Source: Candidatus Poribacteria bacterium
Lineage (GTDB): Bacteria > Poribacteria > WGA-4E > WGA-3G
Length of the DNA: 64,000 bases
Direction: 5' to 3'
NCBI GenBank assembly: GCA_965205025.1
Contig: CBDBFU010000004.1
Location: 1 to 64,000 of the forward strand
In this document: piece by piece, positions 1 through 9,986 of the stretch
Position numbering within the stretch: the first letter of the stretch is position 1
Layout: each line of letters opens with the position of its first letter
The notes under the pieces: model-generated
Told to the model about the DNA's origin: nothing
What the model saw: only the letters and a program-made list of their open reading frames with translations
The model's database searches: none
Position numbers and translations under genes: made by a program

Positions 1-548
1 CGAATACCATCAACAGACTGAGTCAGAGTTAGAGTAAAGAAACTATCTTTTGTTTCAATATCCCATAGTTTAATGACCCCTTCTGAATCACCTGATAAGA
101 GAATCTCCCCATTAGGGTGGTAGGAAACTGCCTCCACTCTTGCTGATTGATTGTCAAGAGTAGTTATAAGTTCATCCGTTTGTAAATTCCACAATTCAAT
201 CTCGTTTTGGTTGTACCAATTTCCAATGTCAGCGAAATTCGTACCATCTGGACTTAGCCTAATATATTCATCAGTTTCATCCAAGTATTTAGAAATTAAT
301 CCCAATTCTTTTCCTGTCTGTACATCGTATTTCCAAATCCCTATTGTACTGATTACAAAGAGTTGACTGCTATCAGGAGAAAACTGGTATTGTATTCTAT
401 CAACATAATTTCTTATTTCTCCTTTACCAAATCTATACTTCGCACCCTCAGGTAACTCCCATTGATTGTAGTCATCAGCATAGGTGTTAGAAAGATATAC
501 CATACTAAATATAAACGTTAAGAAGATAAATGCTGATGTAAGTTTCAT
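1..548 (-). CDS. WD40 repeat protein with signal peptide (5' part; continues past window start)
   Basis: Manual translation from ATG at 548: MKLTSAFIFLTFIFSMVYLSNTYADDYNQWELPEGAKYRFGKG...FSPDSSQL...LSPDGTNF...SGDSEGVIKLWD. Absent from ORF track because it is open-ended. Confidence 0.85.
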   Translation of the reverse strand, partial: MKLTSAFIFLTFIFSMVYLSNTYADDYNQWELPEGAKYRFGKGEIRNYVDRIQYQFSPDSSQLFVISTIGIWKYDVQTGKELGLISKYLDETDEYIRLSPDGTNFADIGNWYNQNEIELWNLQTDELITTLDNQSARVEAVSYHPNGEILLSGDSEGVIKLWDIETKDSFFTLTLTQSVDGI

Positions 549-598
549 ACTGTATATTCCTTTAATAGAATTGTTTACAATCTATTGGATATTGCTGT

Positions 599-1018
599 TT
601 ATGGCATCTGATACAACATTAAATAAATAAGCACACCGGTAACGGAAACATATAACCAGATTGGAAATGTAAGCTTAGCAATACGACGGTGCTGTTCAAA
701 TCTCTCTCGCCATGCCAAGTAAAGAGTACGCAGCGCTAATGGAACGATAAGAAATGCTAAGATGATATGCGAGATAAGAATGGTAAAGTAAACAGGTCGA
801 ATCCACCCCTGTTTTGTAAAAGGAGTTGACCCAGCATTCGCATGGTAGATTACATAACTAATTAGGAACAGAACAGATACAGAAAACGCAGCTAACATAC
901 AGTTCTTATGTGCTGATATTTTCTTCTGTCGAATAAACACATAACCCACGATAAGTATAATTGTACTAACAGAATTTAATGATGCATTGACAGTTGGCAG
1001 ATCAGAAATTTCTAACAC
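599..1018 (-). CDS. DUF420 family membrane protein
   Basis: LPTVNASLN...HKNCMLAAF...FLISYVIYH...YFTILISHIILA...HRRIAKLTFPIWLYVSVTG. Likely GTG start at 1018 after GAGGG. Confidence 0.85.
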   Translation of the reverse strand: MLEISDLPTVNASLNSVSTIILIVGYVFIRQKKISAHKNCMLAAFSVSVLFLISYVIYHANAGSTPFTKQGWIRPVYFTILISHIILAFLIVPLALRTLYLAWRERFEQHRRIAKLTFPIWLYVSVTGVLIYLMLYQMP

Positions 1019-1031
1019 GCTTCCCTCACTT

Positions 1032-1910
1032 CTATCGTATCCACCGATAGGCTTGAACACCTTTGGAATTTTCCAAAGCAAACTCCCAACGTTTACACCA
1101 TGTCTCATAATCTGTCTGACACGCTTCAGGTCGCATACGACTCCGCATCAAGAATGCTGGATAATAGGGTCTACCCGTTGGTTGATACACATCATGGTAA
1201 CGTAGATCAAAACTCCACCGCACAGTATCAGATTCATTCGGTCTCGCACTATGAAGTGTATAATTGTGGAACAGGATCACGCCACCAGCACGGATAGGTA
1301 GTTCTTTAGGAGTAAGGTTTGGCGGTTGATGTTCAGGTGGAACTGCTAAACCAGCACTATTCCAAGCATGTTTAAATAGTCCATATTTATGACTACCTGG
1401 GAGGACTTGTAGGCATCCGTTCTCCAACGTAGCATCTACAATCGGAATCCAAACAGTCAACATAAAATACGGATCGGTATCTGGCCAACATACACCAGCA
1501 TCCTGATGCCAAGGTATGGGTTCCTGTTGAGATTCCTTTACTGGTAAAACAGAACGGATATGTTGTATAGGGTTGCACAATATCTCTGAACCAACAAAGG
1601 ATTCAGCAAGATCCAGAATCTTAGGATTCTTCAGAAAATTAAAGGTCGCCTCACCACGAGCACGCATGATATCCAAATCCGCAGTCACCTCACGTGCTTC
1701 TGCTGCAAGATGTAACAAACGCTCTGTAAATGGTTTATCAGCATAGGTGGAAGTTATTTTTCCCTCACTATGCAATTTCTCTGCACGGGTCGCTATAAGA
1801 TCCGAATATTCTTCTATAACCGGACCGAGATCACTTTCATCTAAAACATCCTCAAGGAGTAGATACCCGTTTTCGTGAAAAAATGATACTTCCGACTCTG
1901 TTAGTCTCAT
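1032..1910 (-). CDS. Phytanoyl-CoA dioxygenase (PhyH) family Fe(II)/2OG oxygenase
   Basis: FFHENGYL, PWHQD, TVWIPIVDATLENGCLQVLPGSH, LHSARPN..RWSFDLRY. Confidence 0.92.
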   Translation of the reverse strand: MRLTESEVSFFHENGYLLLEDVLDESDLGPVIEEYSDLIATRAEKLHSEGKITSTYADKPFTERLLHLAAEAREVTADLDIMRARGEATFNFLKNPKILDLAESFVGSEILCNPIQHIRSVLPVKESQQEPIPWHQDAGVCWPDTDPYFMLTVWIPIVDATLENGCLQVLPGSHKYGLFKHAWNSAGLAVPPEHQPPNLTPKELPIRAGGVILFHNYTLHSARPNESDTVRWSFDLRYHDVYQPTGRPYYPAFLMRSRMRPEACQTDYETWCKRWEFALENSKGVQAYRWIR

Positions 1911-1955
1911 AGTATATAATCCTTAATCAATATTGATAAATAGGAAACTATTCTT

Positions 1956-2067
1956 ATACCATTTCTGAAAAATTAAGTCTCTTTATGTAGCATAAACTTC
2001 CAGTTTGTGCAGTATTTCAAGACATACTTTACAACTGTTTATGAGATAGATATTATAGAAATGGTAT
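1956..2067. mobile_element. MITE-like element, family C (ATACCATTTCT...AGAAATGGTAT terminal inverted repeats)
   Basis: Related copies at 11654-11767 and, inverted, at 18019-18261. Internal TGTAGCATAAACTTCCAGTTTG motif. Confidence 0.65.
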
Positions 2068-2071
2068 TAAG

Positions 2072-2875
2072 TTACCCCCATCTCTGTTCAGGAGGATCAA
2101 ACACAAATCCATGAAAAACCTTCCTTTGGTCAGGTGAAAGTTGCGAATTGTAGAATTCCTTTGGATACCCCCAATGTTCCTCAGAAGCAACCATCCACGG
2201 ATGCTCATAGGCGTAATATAACATCTCACGACAACCATCAGATTTTGTAAACATACCTGATGAATGCCACAGCGCATTATGAAATAGAATCGCACTTCCT
2301 GCTGGGGCACACACTTCTAACGCACCAGGATATTCATGCGGATACCGAAGGTCTTCATGGTTAGGGTCATGCATGGCTTTATGACTACCCGGTAACAACC
2401 ATAGATTACCCTGGCCACCCTCGGTCATATCTGTTAAATAATAACCGATTTTGAGTTGCAATAAAGGTATGGGACGTAGATTTCGGTAACCATTATCATG
2501 TCCATCAATATGCCATCCCATTGGACGTTCCTTCAAATCCAAATAATGCTCTATAATTGCATCGGATGCATGATGATGTGGCATCTCATTCAAGATACCC
2601 GTGATAAATGGTAACATCGGTTTCCAATCTAACAGTTCTAAGAACAGTGGATGGTCTCCAAGAATATAGAATATGCGAGTACTCTTCTCACCGTGGATAT
2701 GTGTCATGCCTGTCTGTGTCGACCCTTTTTCTTCACATTCACGACGTTTCTCAATAACCTCAGCAAGCGCACTCCTTAAGTTTTCAACATGGGATGATGT
2801 GAAAAAATCTTCTAAGATAAGATAACCATTATTATCAAAAAAGAATCTCTGAGCATCCGTTAATTCCTCTGACAT
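2072..2875 (-). CDS. Phytanoyl-CoA dioxygenase (PhyH) family protein
   Basis: FFDNNGYL, GWHID, LPGSH, AGSAILFHNALWHS. Confidence 0.9.
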   Translation of the reverse strand: MSEELTDAQRFFFDNNGYLILEDFFTSSHVENLRSALAEVIEKRRECEEKGSTQTGMTHIHGEKSTRIFYILGDHPLFLELLDWKPMLPFITGILNEMPHHHASDAIIEHYLDLKERPMGWHIDGHDNGYRNLRPIPLLQLKIGYYLTDMTEGGQGNLWLLPGSHKAMHDPNHEDLRYPHEYPGALEVCAPAGSAILFHNALWHSSGMFTKSDGCREMLYYAYEHPWMVASEEHWGYPKEFYNSQLSPDQRKVFHGFVFDPPEQRWG

Positions 2876-2900
2876 AGTCCATCCTCTACCAGGTTATATT

Positions 2901-3055
2901 AACTCAAGTTGCTACTAACGGATTTTGATCATTTCAACACAGTTTTTCAGACACTTCCCTCACCCCAGCGGGGTGATATGTCTATAGAAAAGGGTATATC
3001 AACATCCTGCACTCCAGCGGAGTGCTATGTAAGTAAATAGGTGGCAACTTGGGTT
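2901..3055. mobile_element. MITE-like element, family A
   Basis: Inverted ends AACTCAAGTTGCTAC / GTGGCAACTTGGGTT. Near-identical copy at 8189-8460. Internal palindromes CACCCCAGCGGGGTG and GCACTCCAGCGGAGTGC. Confidence 0.75.
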
Positions 3056-3088
3056 AACTTAATTTAGAAATCTTACTCTTACCCTATA

Positions 3089-4063
3089 TTAATCTAATTT
3101 AAACAATTTCTGAGCATTCTTACCAAAAACTTGTGCTTTGTTTACATCTGATATAGACATCTCCTCGATTAACGCCACAAACCTCGGCATATCTACCCAT
3201 GGATGGTCAGTTCCAAACAAGAGACGTTCCGCACCTGAAAACTCAAATGCATATTCCAACGATTGTAGTGATGGTGATACTGTATCCAAATAGATACGAC
3301 GTAGATATACACTCGGCGGTTGTGTGATACGTTCTCGCGCTCTACCCAACACCTCTGTTTGGTGATCTAAACGACCACTCATATAGGGCAAAATACCACC
3401 TACATGTGGCATAACAAGTTGCAAGTTTGGATGTCTTTCAAGAATCCCACTCAAAATCAACCTGAGTAAAGCAAAACTGTTATCCACCTGCAATCCCATC
3501 ATACCTATCATCCAGTGATCTTTGATTGCTGCTCCCCAAGTTGGTACGGTAGGATGCATAACAATTGGCATTTGGCAAGATTCGACATGTGTAAATACAG
3601 GTTCAAATTGTGGAGAATCAACAGGTTCACCCCCAATATGTGAATAGAGCATTATCCCGCGAAAACCCAACTTTTTTACACGATCCAATTCCACAATGGC
3701 TTCATCAGGATTTTGCCATGGTAGACATGCTAAACCCGCAAATCGGTCTGGATATTGATCCGCAAGTTCAGTAATAGCATTGTTAATCGCTTGGGCACCT
3801 TCATTACCGAGTTCACGAGAGAGCATGCAGGGTGGTGGGATATTTGTGCTGAGAAGTGCCATGTCAACATCAGCCGCATCCATATCCTTCAGTTTTCGTT
3901 TCGGATCATATACCTCATCTTGTAGCCGAAATGTTTGTACATCTCCATAGGTTACAATTGCTTCATTCCCTTGACGAATAACTTGTGGTGGATGTGGATT
4001 CTTTTCCAGAACTTCAATATACTCTTTTGGAAATATGTGATTCTGAACATCAATTCGCATCAT
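3089..4063 (-). CDS. Amidohydrolase_2 family protein (ACMSD-like decarboxylase/hydrolase)
   Basis: IDVQNHI, IVMHP, PHVGG..PY, LLFGTDHPW. Confidence 0.9.
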   Translation of the reverse strand: MMRIDVQNHIFPKEYIEVLEKNPHPPQVIRQGNEAIVTYGDVQTFRLQDEVYDPKRKLKDMDAADVDMALLSTNIPPPCMLSRELGNEGAQAINNAITELADQYPDRFAGLACLPWQNPDEAIVELDRVKKLGFRGIMLYSHIGGEPVDSPQFEPVFTHVESCQMPIVMHPTVPTWGAAIKDHWMIGMMGLQVDNSFALLRLILSGILERHPNLQLVMPHVGGILPYMSGRLDHQTEVLGRARERITQPPSVYLRRIYLDTVSPSLQSLEYAFEFSGAERLLFGTDHPWVDMPRFVALIEEMSISDVNKAQVFGKNAQKLFKLD

Positions 4064-4093
4064 ATAGCACAATTAATCTCAACATCCTTATTC

Positions 4094-7000
4094 CTAACTA
4101 AAGGAACTCCACCTAACCATATAATCAGAGGACACCTCACGAACAAACATAGATGTAGAATGCTCCCTATCCCCTTGTCGAAAGACAGTTGTAGACAGAA
4201 ATAATTGTTTCTGGGCGCGGGTCATACCAACATAGAAAAGACGACGTTCTTCCTCAAGTTCCTCTTGCGTCATACTACGTTTCCACATAGGAAAACTACC
4301 CTCTTCCATTCCAATGATAATAACCACAGGATATTCAGTGCCTTTCGCAGCATGTAAAGTCATCAAGGTAACCTGTTCAGATGTATTATCAATCTCATCC
4401 AAATTGGTAAGTAATTTCTGATAATCTAAAAAATCAGTCAAACTATCCCCAGCATCCGCTTTCCCAAATTTTAATAGCAGGTTCTTAAATCTTGCTTCAT
4501 TTTCTAACCAATCTGTGTCTTCTTGAAGAATAGGAGGTCTCTTCTCTTGTAAATGTTTGATAGATTCCTCAACCTGTTCCCTTTCTTCAAGGTCAAGTGG
4601 TAAATCTTCAGGGAAAGGAGTAGGATGCATTTTGACATATCGATAAGCAGCATTTAGATAAGCAATATTCTCAGAGAATTCATTCCGTTCATCAGGTTCT
4701 GATTTTGAAAGTATTCCAATACCAACAAGTGGTAATAATTCTGGTAGTGATTTCGATTCCTGTTTTTTCAGATCAATTTGTACCAATTTCTGGAAAATCT
4801 GCCGATTAACTTCAACATCCTCCATCGCTCTATGTAATATATTATACTCTATACCGAACGTCTCTGCTAATGCTTCTATTCCCCTACGTTGCCTACGTAG
4901 TAATCTACGTGCAGTAACAAGGGTATCATAATATGGATTCGATAAGCTTTGATTCAGAATATCCTTCATGTCACGTTCAAGAATCAAATTATCAAATTGA
5001 GCAATGTTATGTCCAACTAAGATACTGTCTCCGATGAAATCACAAAATTCTGGAAGAATTGTCTCAATACTCGGTTCATTCTCCACATCTTCCATGGTTA
5101 TCCCATGTATTTTTGTAACAGAAGGATGGATGAACCCACCGGGAGGTTTAACTAATCGTTCAAAACACTCAACCTCATCCCCTATTCCATTCAATCGCAT
5201 CGCTGCAATTTCAACGATATTTGCTCTTTTTGTATTGGTTCCTGTTGTTTCCATATCGTACATTACCATATCAGACATATTTGGTGTTTCAAATCTACTT
5301 AAGAGCCGTTGACACAACTTTAAAGCAACGACACTTCTTACTACCGCGTTCCCAAGATGTATCACATCATTCTTATCTGGAACTGAACCAATTGAGATTA
5401 TTCTGGTTCCAACCTCCCTATCCTGAAGATCCAAGAAATCACCTATCAATATATTAACACTATTCTCTTTAAGTATTGGTCTACTGTAGGATACATCCAT
5501 TGTATCCTGTTTAGGGAGATACTGAATATCAACATCCTGATCCAGGTAGTCTGTCAATGTCTGGTTTATAATCTCTGTGGCACAATACTCGTCTATTCCA
5601 TAACTGGCAATAATACGTATAGGTTCACCCAGATCAATAGCACTATAAAGCACATCTTGTACTAACCCCAAGTTTTGTATTTCATCATATTTCTCAATAA
5701 TAGACAATTCTTTGACACGATATGGGGTCCGGGATAACTCTAATTTCTTCAGAAGTTTTTGTCCTATTTCACCGATTGTATCTCCCTGTATATCCTGCTT
5801 CAATTCATTAATTTGCTTCCAAAACATACGAATTTTATACCGCGTTAACGGACCAACATCTTCTCGAAAATCTTCTACATACTCCAATAATCTGGATAAC
5901 TCTATCCCTTTTCGTTTTGCTAACCACTTAAGCCGTACCCATGTCAAATCATCTATACGACGTTCAGGAAAATTAACAGCATATTCAAAATCTCGAGGCA
6001 GTTCCCATTCAAGAAAACAGAGATACGAGAGAATCCCCTTTAAGTTTTCATCATCCAACGCATTGGTAGGACGAATCCGTTGATACTTAATTTCTGTTCG
6101 ATTAAGTTGCTCAGATAATACATCAGCGAGTTTATGTGTTCGATAGAAAATAGCAATATCTCGATAAGAATAACCACGTTGTTTTACCAAGTTACGAATA
6201 AGCCTAATCACACTCCGTGCTTCCTCAGGAGCCGTATAAAAGGTATAGTGAAAGATATCTCGACCCTCATCATTAACAGTTTTAAGTGCACGTTCTTTTT
6301 GCCACTCAGGATTCTTGGCTATAACCTCTTGCGCAGCGCGTAATATCGTTCTGCTACATCGATAGTGATCATCTAATGTAATTATATAAGGAGTATAATC
6401 ATCCGTGAACTTATCTATATATTTTGGATCTGAACCACGCCAACTATAAATCGCTTGGTCCCCATCCGCAACAACCATCAGATTAGACGCTGGTGTGGGA
6501 CATAATTGTTGAAGGAGACGGTATTGGACTTTATTTACATCATGGTATTCATCTACAAGAATATATAAAAGTTGGTTATGATATTCTTCCAATACAATAG
6601 ACGCTTTATCAAACAATTCAACTGTCTTCAAAAGGAGATCATCGAAATCCAAAGCATTATAATCAAATAGTTTTTGTTGATAAGCATCTAATATTTCACG
6701 AATGTTGAATTCAGCATTTTCATCGTCTATATCAAGGAGAATATCCGAATCAATCTCAAATGGCTGGGATTTATCATATAAATGGATCTTAAAATCACTG
6801 AGAACACTCCTGATTCGCCAAGATGGATAGTCAGTTGAGCTAAGTTTTAGATCTTTGACAATTTCCGTCAAGATCTCATCCTGAATTTCTTGATCAAAAA
6901 TCGCGAAGTTCTCATTCAGTTCAATATCATCGGCATGGTCACGCAATACTTTCACACAAAAGGAATGGAAAGTTTTCACATTAACATGTGCTCCGTGAGG

Positions 7001-7231
7001 ATCACCGATTTCTTCAAAAATGCGATCTCGCATCTCTTGGGCAGCTTTATTTGTAAAGGTGATTGCAAGTATGTTCTCAGGTTTTACGCTATGCGTACGT
7101 ATAAGATTGCCAATACGATGCGTAATAACCCTTGTCTTACCAGTGCCAGGACCAGCAATTACAAGAATAGGACCATCCTTCTGTTCTACGGCTTCTCTCT
7201 GTTTTTCATTTAGTTCCTGTAGAATATCCAT
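4094..7231 (-). CDS. UvrD/PcrA SF1A helicase with inserted degenerate RecJ/DHH-like region and DEDDh 3'-5' exonuclease domain
   Basis: Helicase motifs AGPGTGKT, TFTNKAA, LVDEYHD, GDQAIYSWRGS, LMTLHAAKGTE, EERRLFYVGMTRA. Exonuclease motifs YDMETTG, GHNIAQFD, HRAMEDV. Confidence 0.9.
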   Translation of the reverse strand: MDILQELNEKQREAVEQKDGPILVIAGPGTGKTRVITHRIGNLIRTHSVKPENILAITFTNKAAQEMRDRIFEEIGDPHGAHVNVKTFHSFCVKVLRDHADDIELNENFAIFDQEIQDEILTEIVKDLKLSSTDYPSWRIRSVLSDFKIHLYDKSQPFEIDSDILLDIDDENAEFNIREILDAYQQKLFDYNALDFDDLLLKTVELFDKASIVLEEYHNQLLYILVDEYHDVNKVQYRLLQQLCPTPASNLMVVADGDQAIYSWRGSDPKYIDKFTDDYTPYIITLDDHYRCSRTILRAAQEVIAKNPEWQKERALKTVNDEGRDIFHYTFYTAPEEARSVIRLIRNLVKQRGYSYRDIAIFYRTHKLADVLSEQLNRTEIKYQRIRPTNALDDENLKGILSYLCFLEWELPRDFEYAVNFPERRIDDLTWVRLKWLAKRKGIELSRLLEYVEDFREDVGPLTRYKIRMFWKQINELKQDIQGDTIGEIGQKLLKKLELSRTPYRVKELSIIEKYDEIQNLGLVQDVLYSAIDLGEPIRIIASYGIDEYCATEIINQTLTDYLDQDVDIQYLPKQDTMDVSYSRPILKENSVNILIGDFLDLQDREVGTRIISIGSVPDKNDVIHLGNAVVRSVVALKLCQRLLSRFETPNMSDMVMYDMETTGTNTKRANIVEIAAMRLNGIGDEVECFERLVKPPGGFIHPSVTKIHGITMEDVENEPSIETILPEFCDFIGDSILVGHNIAQFDNLILERDMKDILNQSLSNPYYDTLVTARRLLRRQRRGIEALAETFGIEYNILHRAMEDVEVNRQIFQKLVQIDLKKQESKSLPELLPLVGIGILSKSEPDERNEFSENIAYLNAAYRYVKMHPTPFPEDLPLDLEEREQVEESIKHLQEKRPPILQEDTDWLENEARFKNLLLKFGKADAGDSLTDFLDYQKLLTNLDEIDNTSEQVTLMTLHAAKGTEYPVVIIIGMEEGSFPMWKRSMTQEELEEERRLFYVGMTRAQKQLFLSTTVFRQGDREHSTSMFVREVSSDYMVRWSSFS

Positions 7232-7448
7232 CTGTATCGCCTTAATGAATATAATATTTCTTAATGCTCAAGGTGCTACAAAATTTCGCTTTATATGGTT
7301 CAAAGTACTGATAGTACTAAGGTTTACTATAGTTTGGACAATTTCTGAGATGTGCTTCACCTATATTCAAAGTGTTTCTGGTTTTTCACCCCGTTACTCA
7401 CGCCAATTCGACTCTGAGAAAAATAAACTCGGATGGACTAAAGTGTAG

Positions 7449-8000
7449 CCCCAGCGGGGTGAAATGTGTGTAGAAACGTCATACCTCCCAAAGTTCAAGC
7501 CCCAGCGAGGCGAAATGTGTATCGCTTAAAACTGTCCAAACTATACTAAGGTTTAGTATATCTGATGTATTGTGAATTCTCAAGAGTTAATACACAAAAC
7601 ACTGATTATTATACTATTTCTCGTAATTTTACAACGCTTTAAACTTATACTATTTTCAATTGATAGATTTACATTATGATTTACACGATACAAGGATTAT
7701 CATTTACATACTTATGAGTCCCGGGGAATGCCTAATGAGGATTAAGTTTTAAATTCGGCAATTCTCATTATTCCAAACCCTGTAGGTTCGGTTTCCTAAC
7801 CACGGGGAATGCTAAATAGCATTCATACCGTTGATTCGAATTTCCTATCACATTACCGAATTATTATTTTAATCTTCATAATGGCATTCATACCCGGGGA
7901 ATGCTTTATAGCTTTCATACCCGGGGAACGCCATAGGGCGTTCATACCGTTGATTCCTTGATTCCTTGATTTAGTAGGGACGGAATGTCTATAGAAAACA
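7449..8000. repeat. Cluster of short palindromic intergenic repeats
   Basis: CCCCAGCGGGG units (7449, ~7500), GTAG-REP-like hairpin (7782), and GGGAATGC..TAGCATTCATACCGTTGATTC units (~7805, ~7896, ~7922) that recur at ~9911, ~11470, ~11525 and ~47560. Confidence 0.75.
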
Positions 8001-8188
8001 CGGAATACCTAGATTTCTTGTTTCTTTAAGGGGTAAAAGACAAAAAAGTACTAAATTATCGGTTTTTTTTTGAATAAAATCTCCTATTTTCACCACAAAC
8101 TACGTAAGTCCTGTTAAATATGATGGAGCAGGACAAAGAGGGTTATCCATAGTTACATGCATCACTATTTTGTGAATACCTTTAGAAT

Positions 8189-8460
8189 AACCCAAGTTGC
8201 TACTAACGGATTTTGATCGTTTCAACATAGTTTTCAGATACTTACCTCACCCCAGATGAAGTTAAAAAAATAAAATAGGTAATTTGGACACAGAGCTGGT
8301 AGGTGCGGTTTCCTAACCGCACCGGATTCTACAAGAAACTGGAAATTACCCGAATAAATTCTTTAACTTCATGAGGGGTGATATGTCTATAGAAAAGGGT
8401 ATATCAAAATCCTGCACTCCAGCGGAGTGCTATGTAAGGAAATAGGTGGAAATTTGGGTT
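8189..8460. mobile_element. Family A MITE-like element with nested second element (8256-8372)
   Basis: Matches 2901-3055 except for a 117-bp insert with ATGAAGTTAAA/TTTAACTTCAT inverted ends. Flanked by TTAGAATAA direct repeats (8182-8190, 8459-8467). Confidence 0.75.
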
Positions 8461-8721
8461 AGAATAACAATCGGCGGTGGAAACTACTTACACGACGAAG
8501 AAATAGCAAAAATTAAAAGAGCGCATTTTTGAGGAAGTAAGACAAGGTCGCTATAACAACACTGGGGATAACAGATGAGACTTTTTTAATTTTAGGAATT
8601 ATTTGTTTGTGTGTAATCGTTGCATGTGTTATGGTTTACGCAACAAATAGATCCGCCATCAGGTACAACTGTCTTTAAATATGCGTAACCAAGAAACATA
8701 CACAGTAGGAGAAAACGACTA

Positions 8722-9756
8722 ATGTTTTTAAACAACAAATCAAACAAGATTCCACTTCTGTTATTAAGTTTGACGCTATCTTTCCTGTTTCATTATGACA
8801 TCTTTGCATCTGAGAAAGCTGAATCTGGAGGTAGTCTGTTCCCTGAGAGTGAAGTAGAGTTATCCAAAGAAAGCGCGCAATTGTTAGAGAAAATTAAAAA
8901 AGGTGTTGAGGATTATAACAAAAAACTCAAAAGCGGTAAAGTCGAGTTTACCGTCACGCTAAATAAACTTTTAATTAATCAGAAACAGAAACTTACGTTA
9001 AGTAAACTTTTTAAAATTAATCAGAAACAGAAGGTGAAAAAAATAGAGTTCGAAAACGTAGGCACTTGGCACATCGTTTATAATTTTGAGGGACTGCGAC
9101 ATTTTTACGACGTTAGAATACGTAAAAAGATGGAATTCAACGGAAAGCCTCTTCTAAACTGGACAGAGAAACACTACCAATTTCAGATTGATAATGAAAA
9201 AATGTTGATTAGAGAACTAAAAGAGACCGGTTGGGTTCAGCATCCACAACCAATAGATAAACTCATCTTTAAATCAGAGTTTAACCCCCGCAGTTGGGGA
9301 TGGAATCCTGGTGTGTTCAGTTTTGCATTCCTAATCAAGTACGCACCCCCAATTAATGTTGAACTAGTTGTAGTCGATAGTGTTCCACTCTATTTACTTA
9401 CTTTACATCGAGTTCATGGTGAGAAGAGTTCCATGACCGAACAGCTATGGGTAGATCCGATGAAAGGTTACCGTCCGACGCGCAAATTAAAAACTACAAA
9501 ACAGATAGCACAAAGTGGTATTAGACGTTCAGATGGAACACGTATACTCCGACCACCTAAGACTGTCATCAGTCGTATTAATACCGCATTCCACATTGAA
9601 CAGTTTAATCAGGATCTCTGGTTTCCAAAAGCTGCAACCTTATCATTAGGTTACGATCCAGTTACACAACATGGATTCAGAAAAACAACAATGCAAGTAC
9701 ATAATGCTATCTTTAATGTCCCGATTGATGAAAAAGACCTGCGTTTCCCTGATTAA
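8722..9756 (+). CDS. Hypothetical exported protein
   Basis: 344 aa, AGGAG RBS, N-terminal hydrophobic signal, short internal duplication (INQKQK x2). No family recognised. Confidence 0.75.
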   Translation: MFLNNKSNKIPLLLLSLTLSFLFHYDIFASEKAESGGSLFPESEVELSKESAQLLEKIKKGVEDYNKKLKSGKVEFTVTLNKLLINQKQKLTLSKLFKINQKQKVKKIEFENVGTWHIVYNFEGLRHFYDVRIRKKMEFNGKPLLNWTEKHYQFQIDNEKMLIRELKETGWVQHPQPIDKLIFKSEFNPRSWGWNPGVFSFAFLIKYAPPINVELVVVDSVPLYLLTLHRVHGEKSSMTEQLWVDPMKGYRPTRKLKTTKQIAQSGIRRSDGTRILRPPKTVISRINTAFHIEQFNQDLWFPKAATLSLGYDPVTQHGFRKTTMQVHNAIFNVPIDEKDLRFPD

Positions 9757-9986
9757 ATCCAATAGTCTCACATGTTGAAAATCTCAATATGAGAAAAGTC
9801 ATTCCAGTTTTTATAATTTGTGTCTTTTTGATAATAATACCATTTTCAATTGATAGATTTACATTATGACTTACGTGATACAAGGATAATTATATACATA
9901 TTATGAGTCCGGGTAATGCTATATAGCATTCATGCCGTTGATTCAAATACAATAATCTGATTTATCAAACTTACTTTAAAAATACT

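Noticed and set aside
7720-7970. Repeated GGGAATGC...GCATTCATACCG units as a CRISPR array
   Set aside because: Units are degenerate, irregularly spaced and dispersed elsewhere in the window. There are no uniform spacers and no cas genes.
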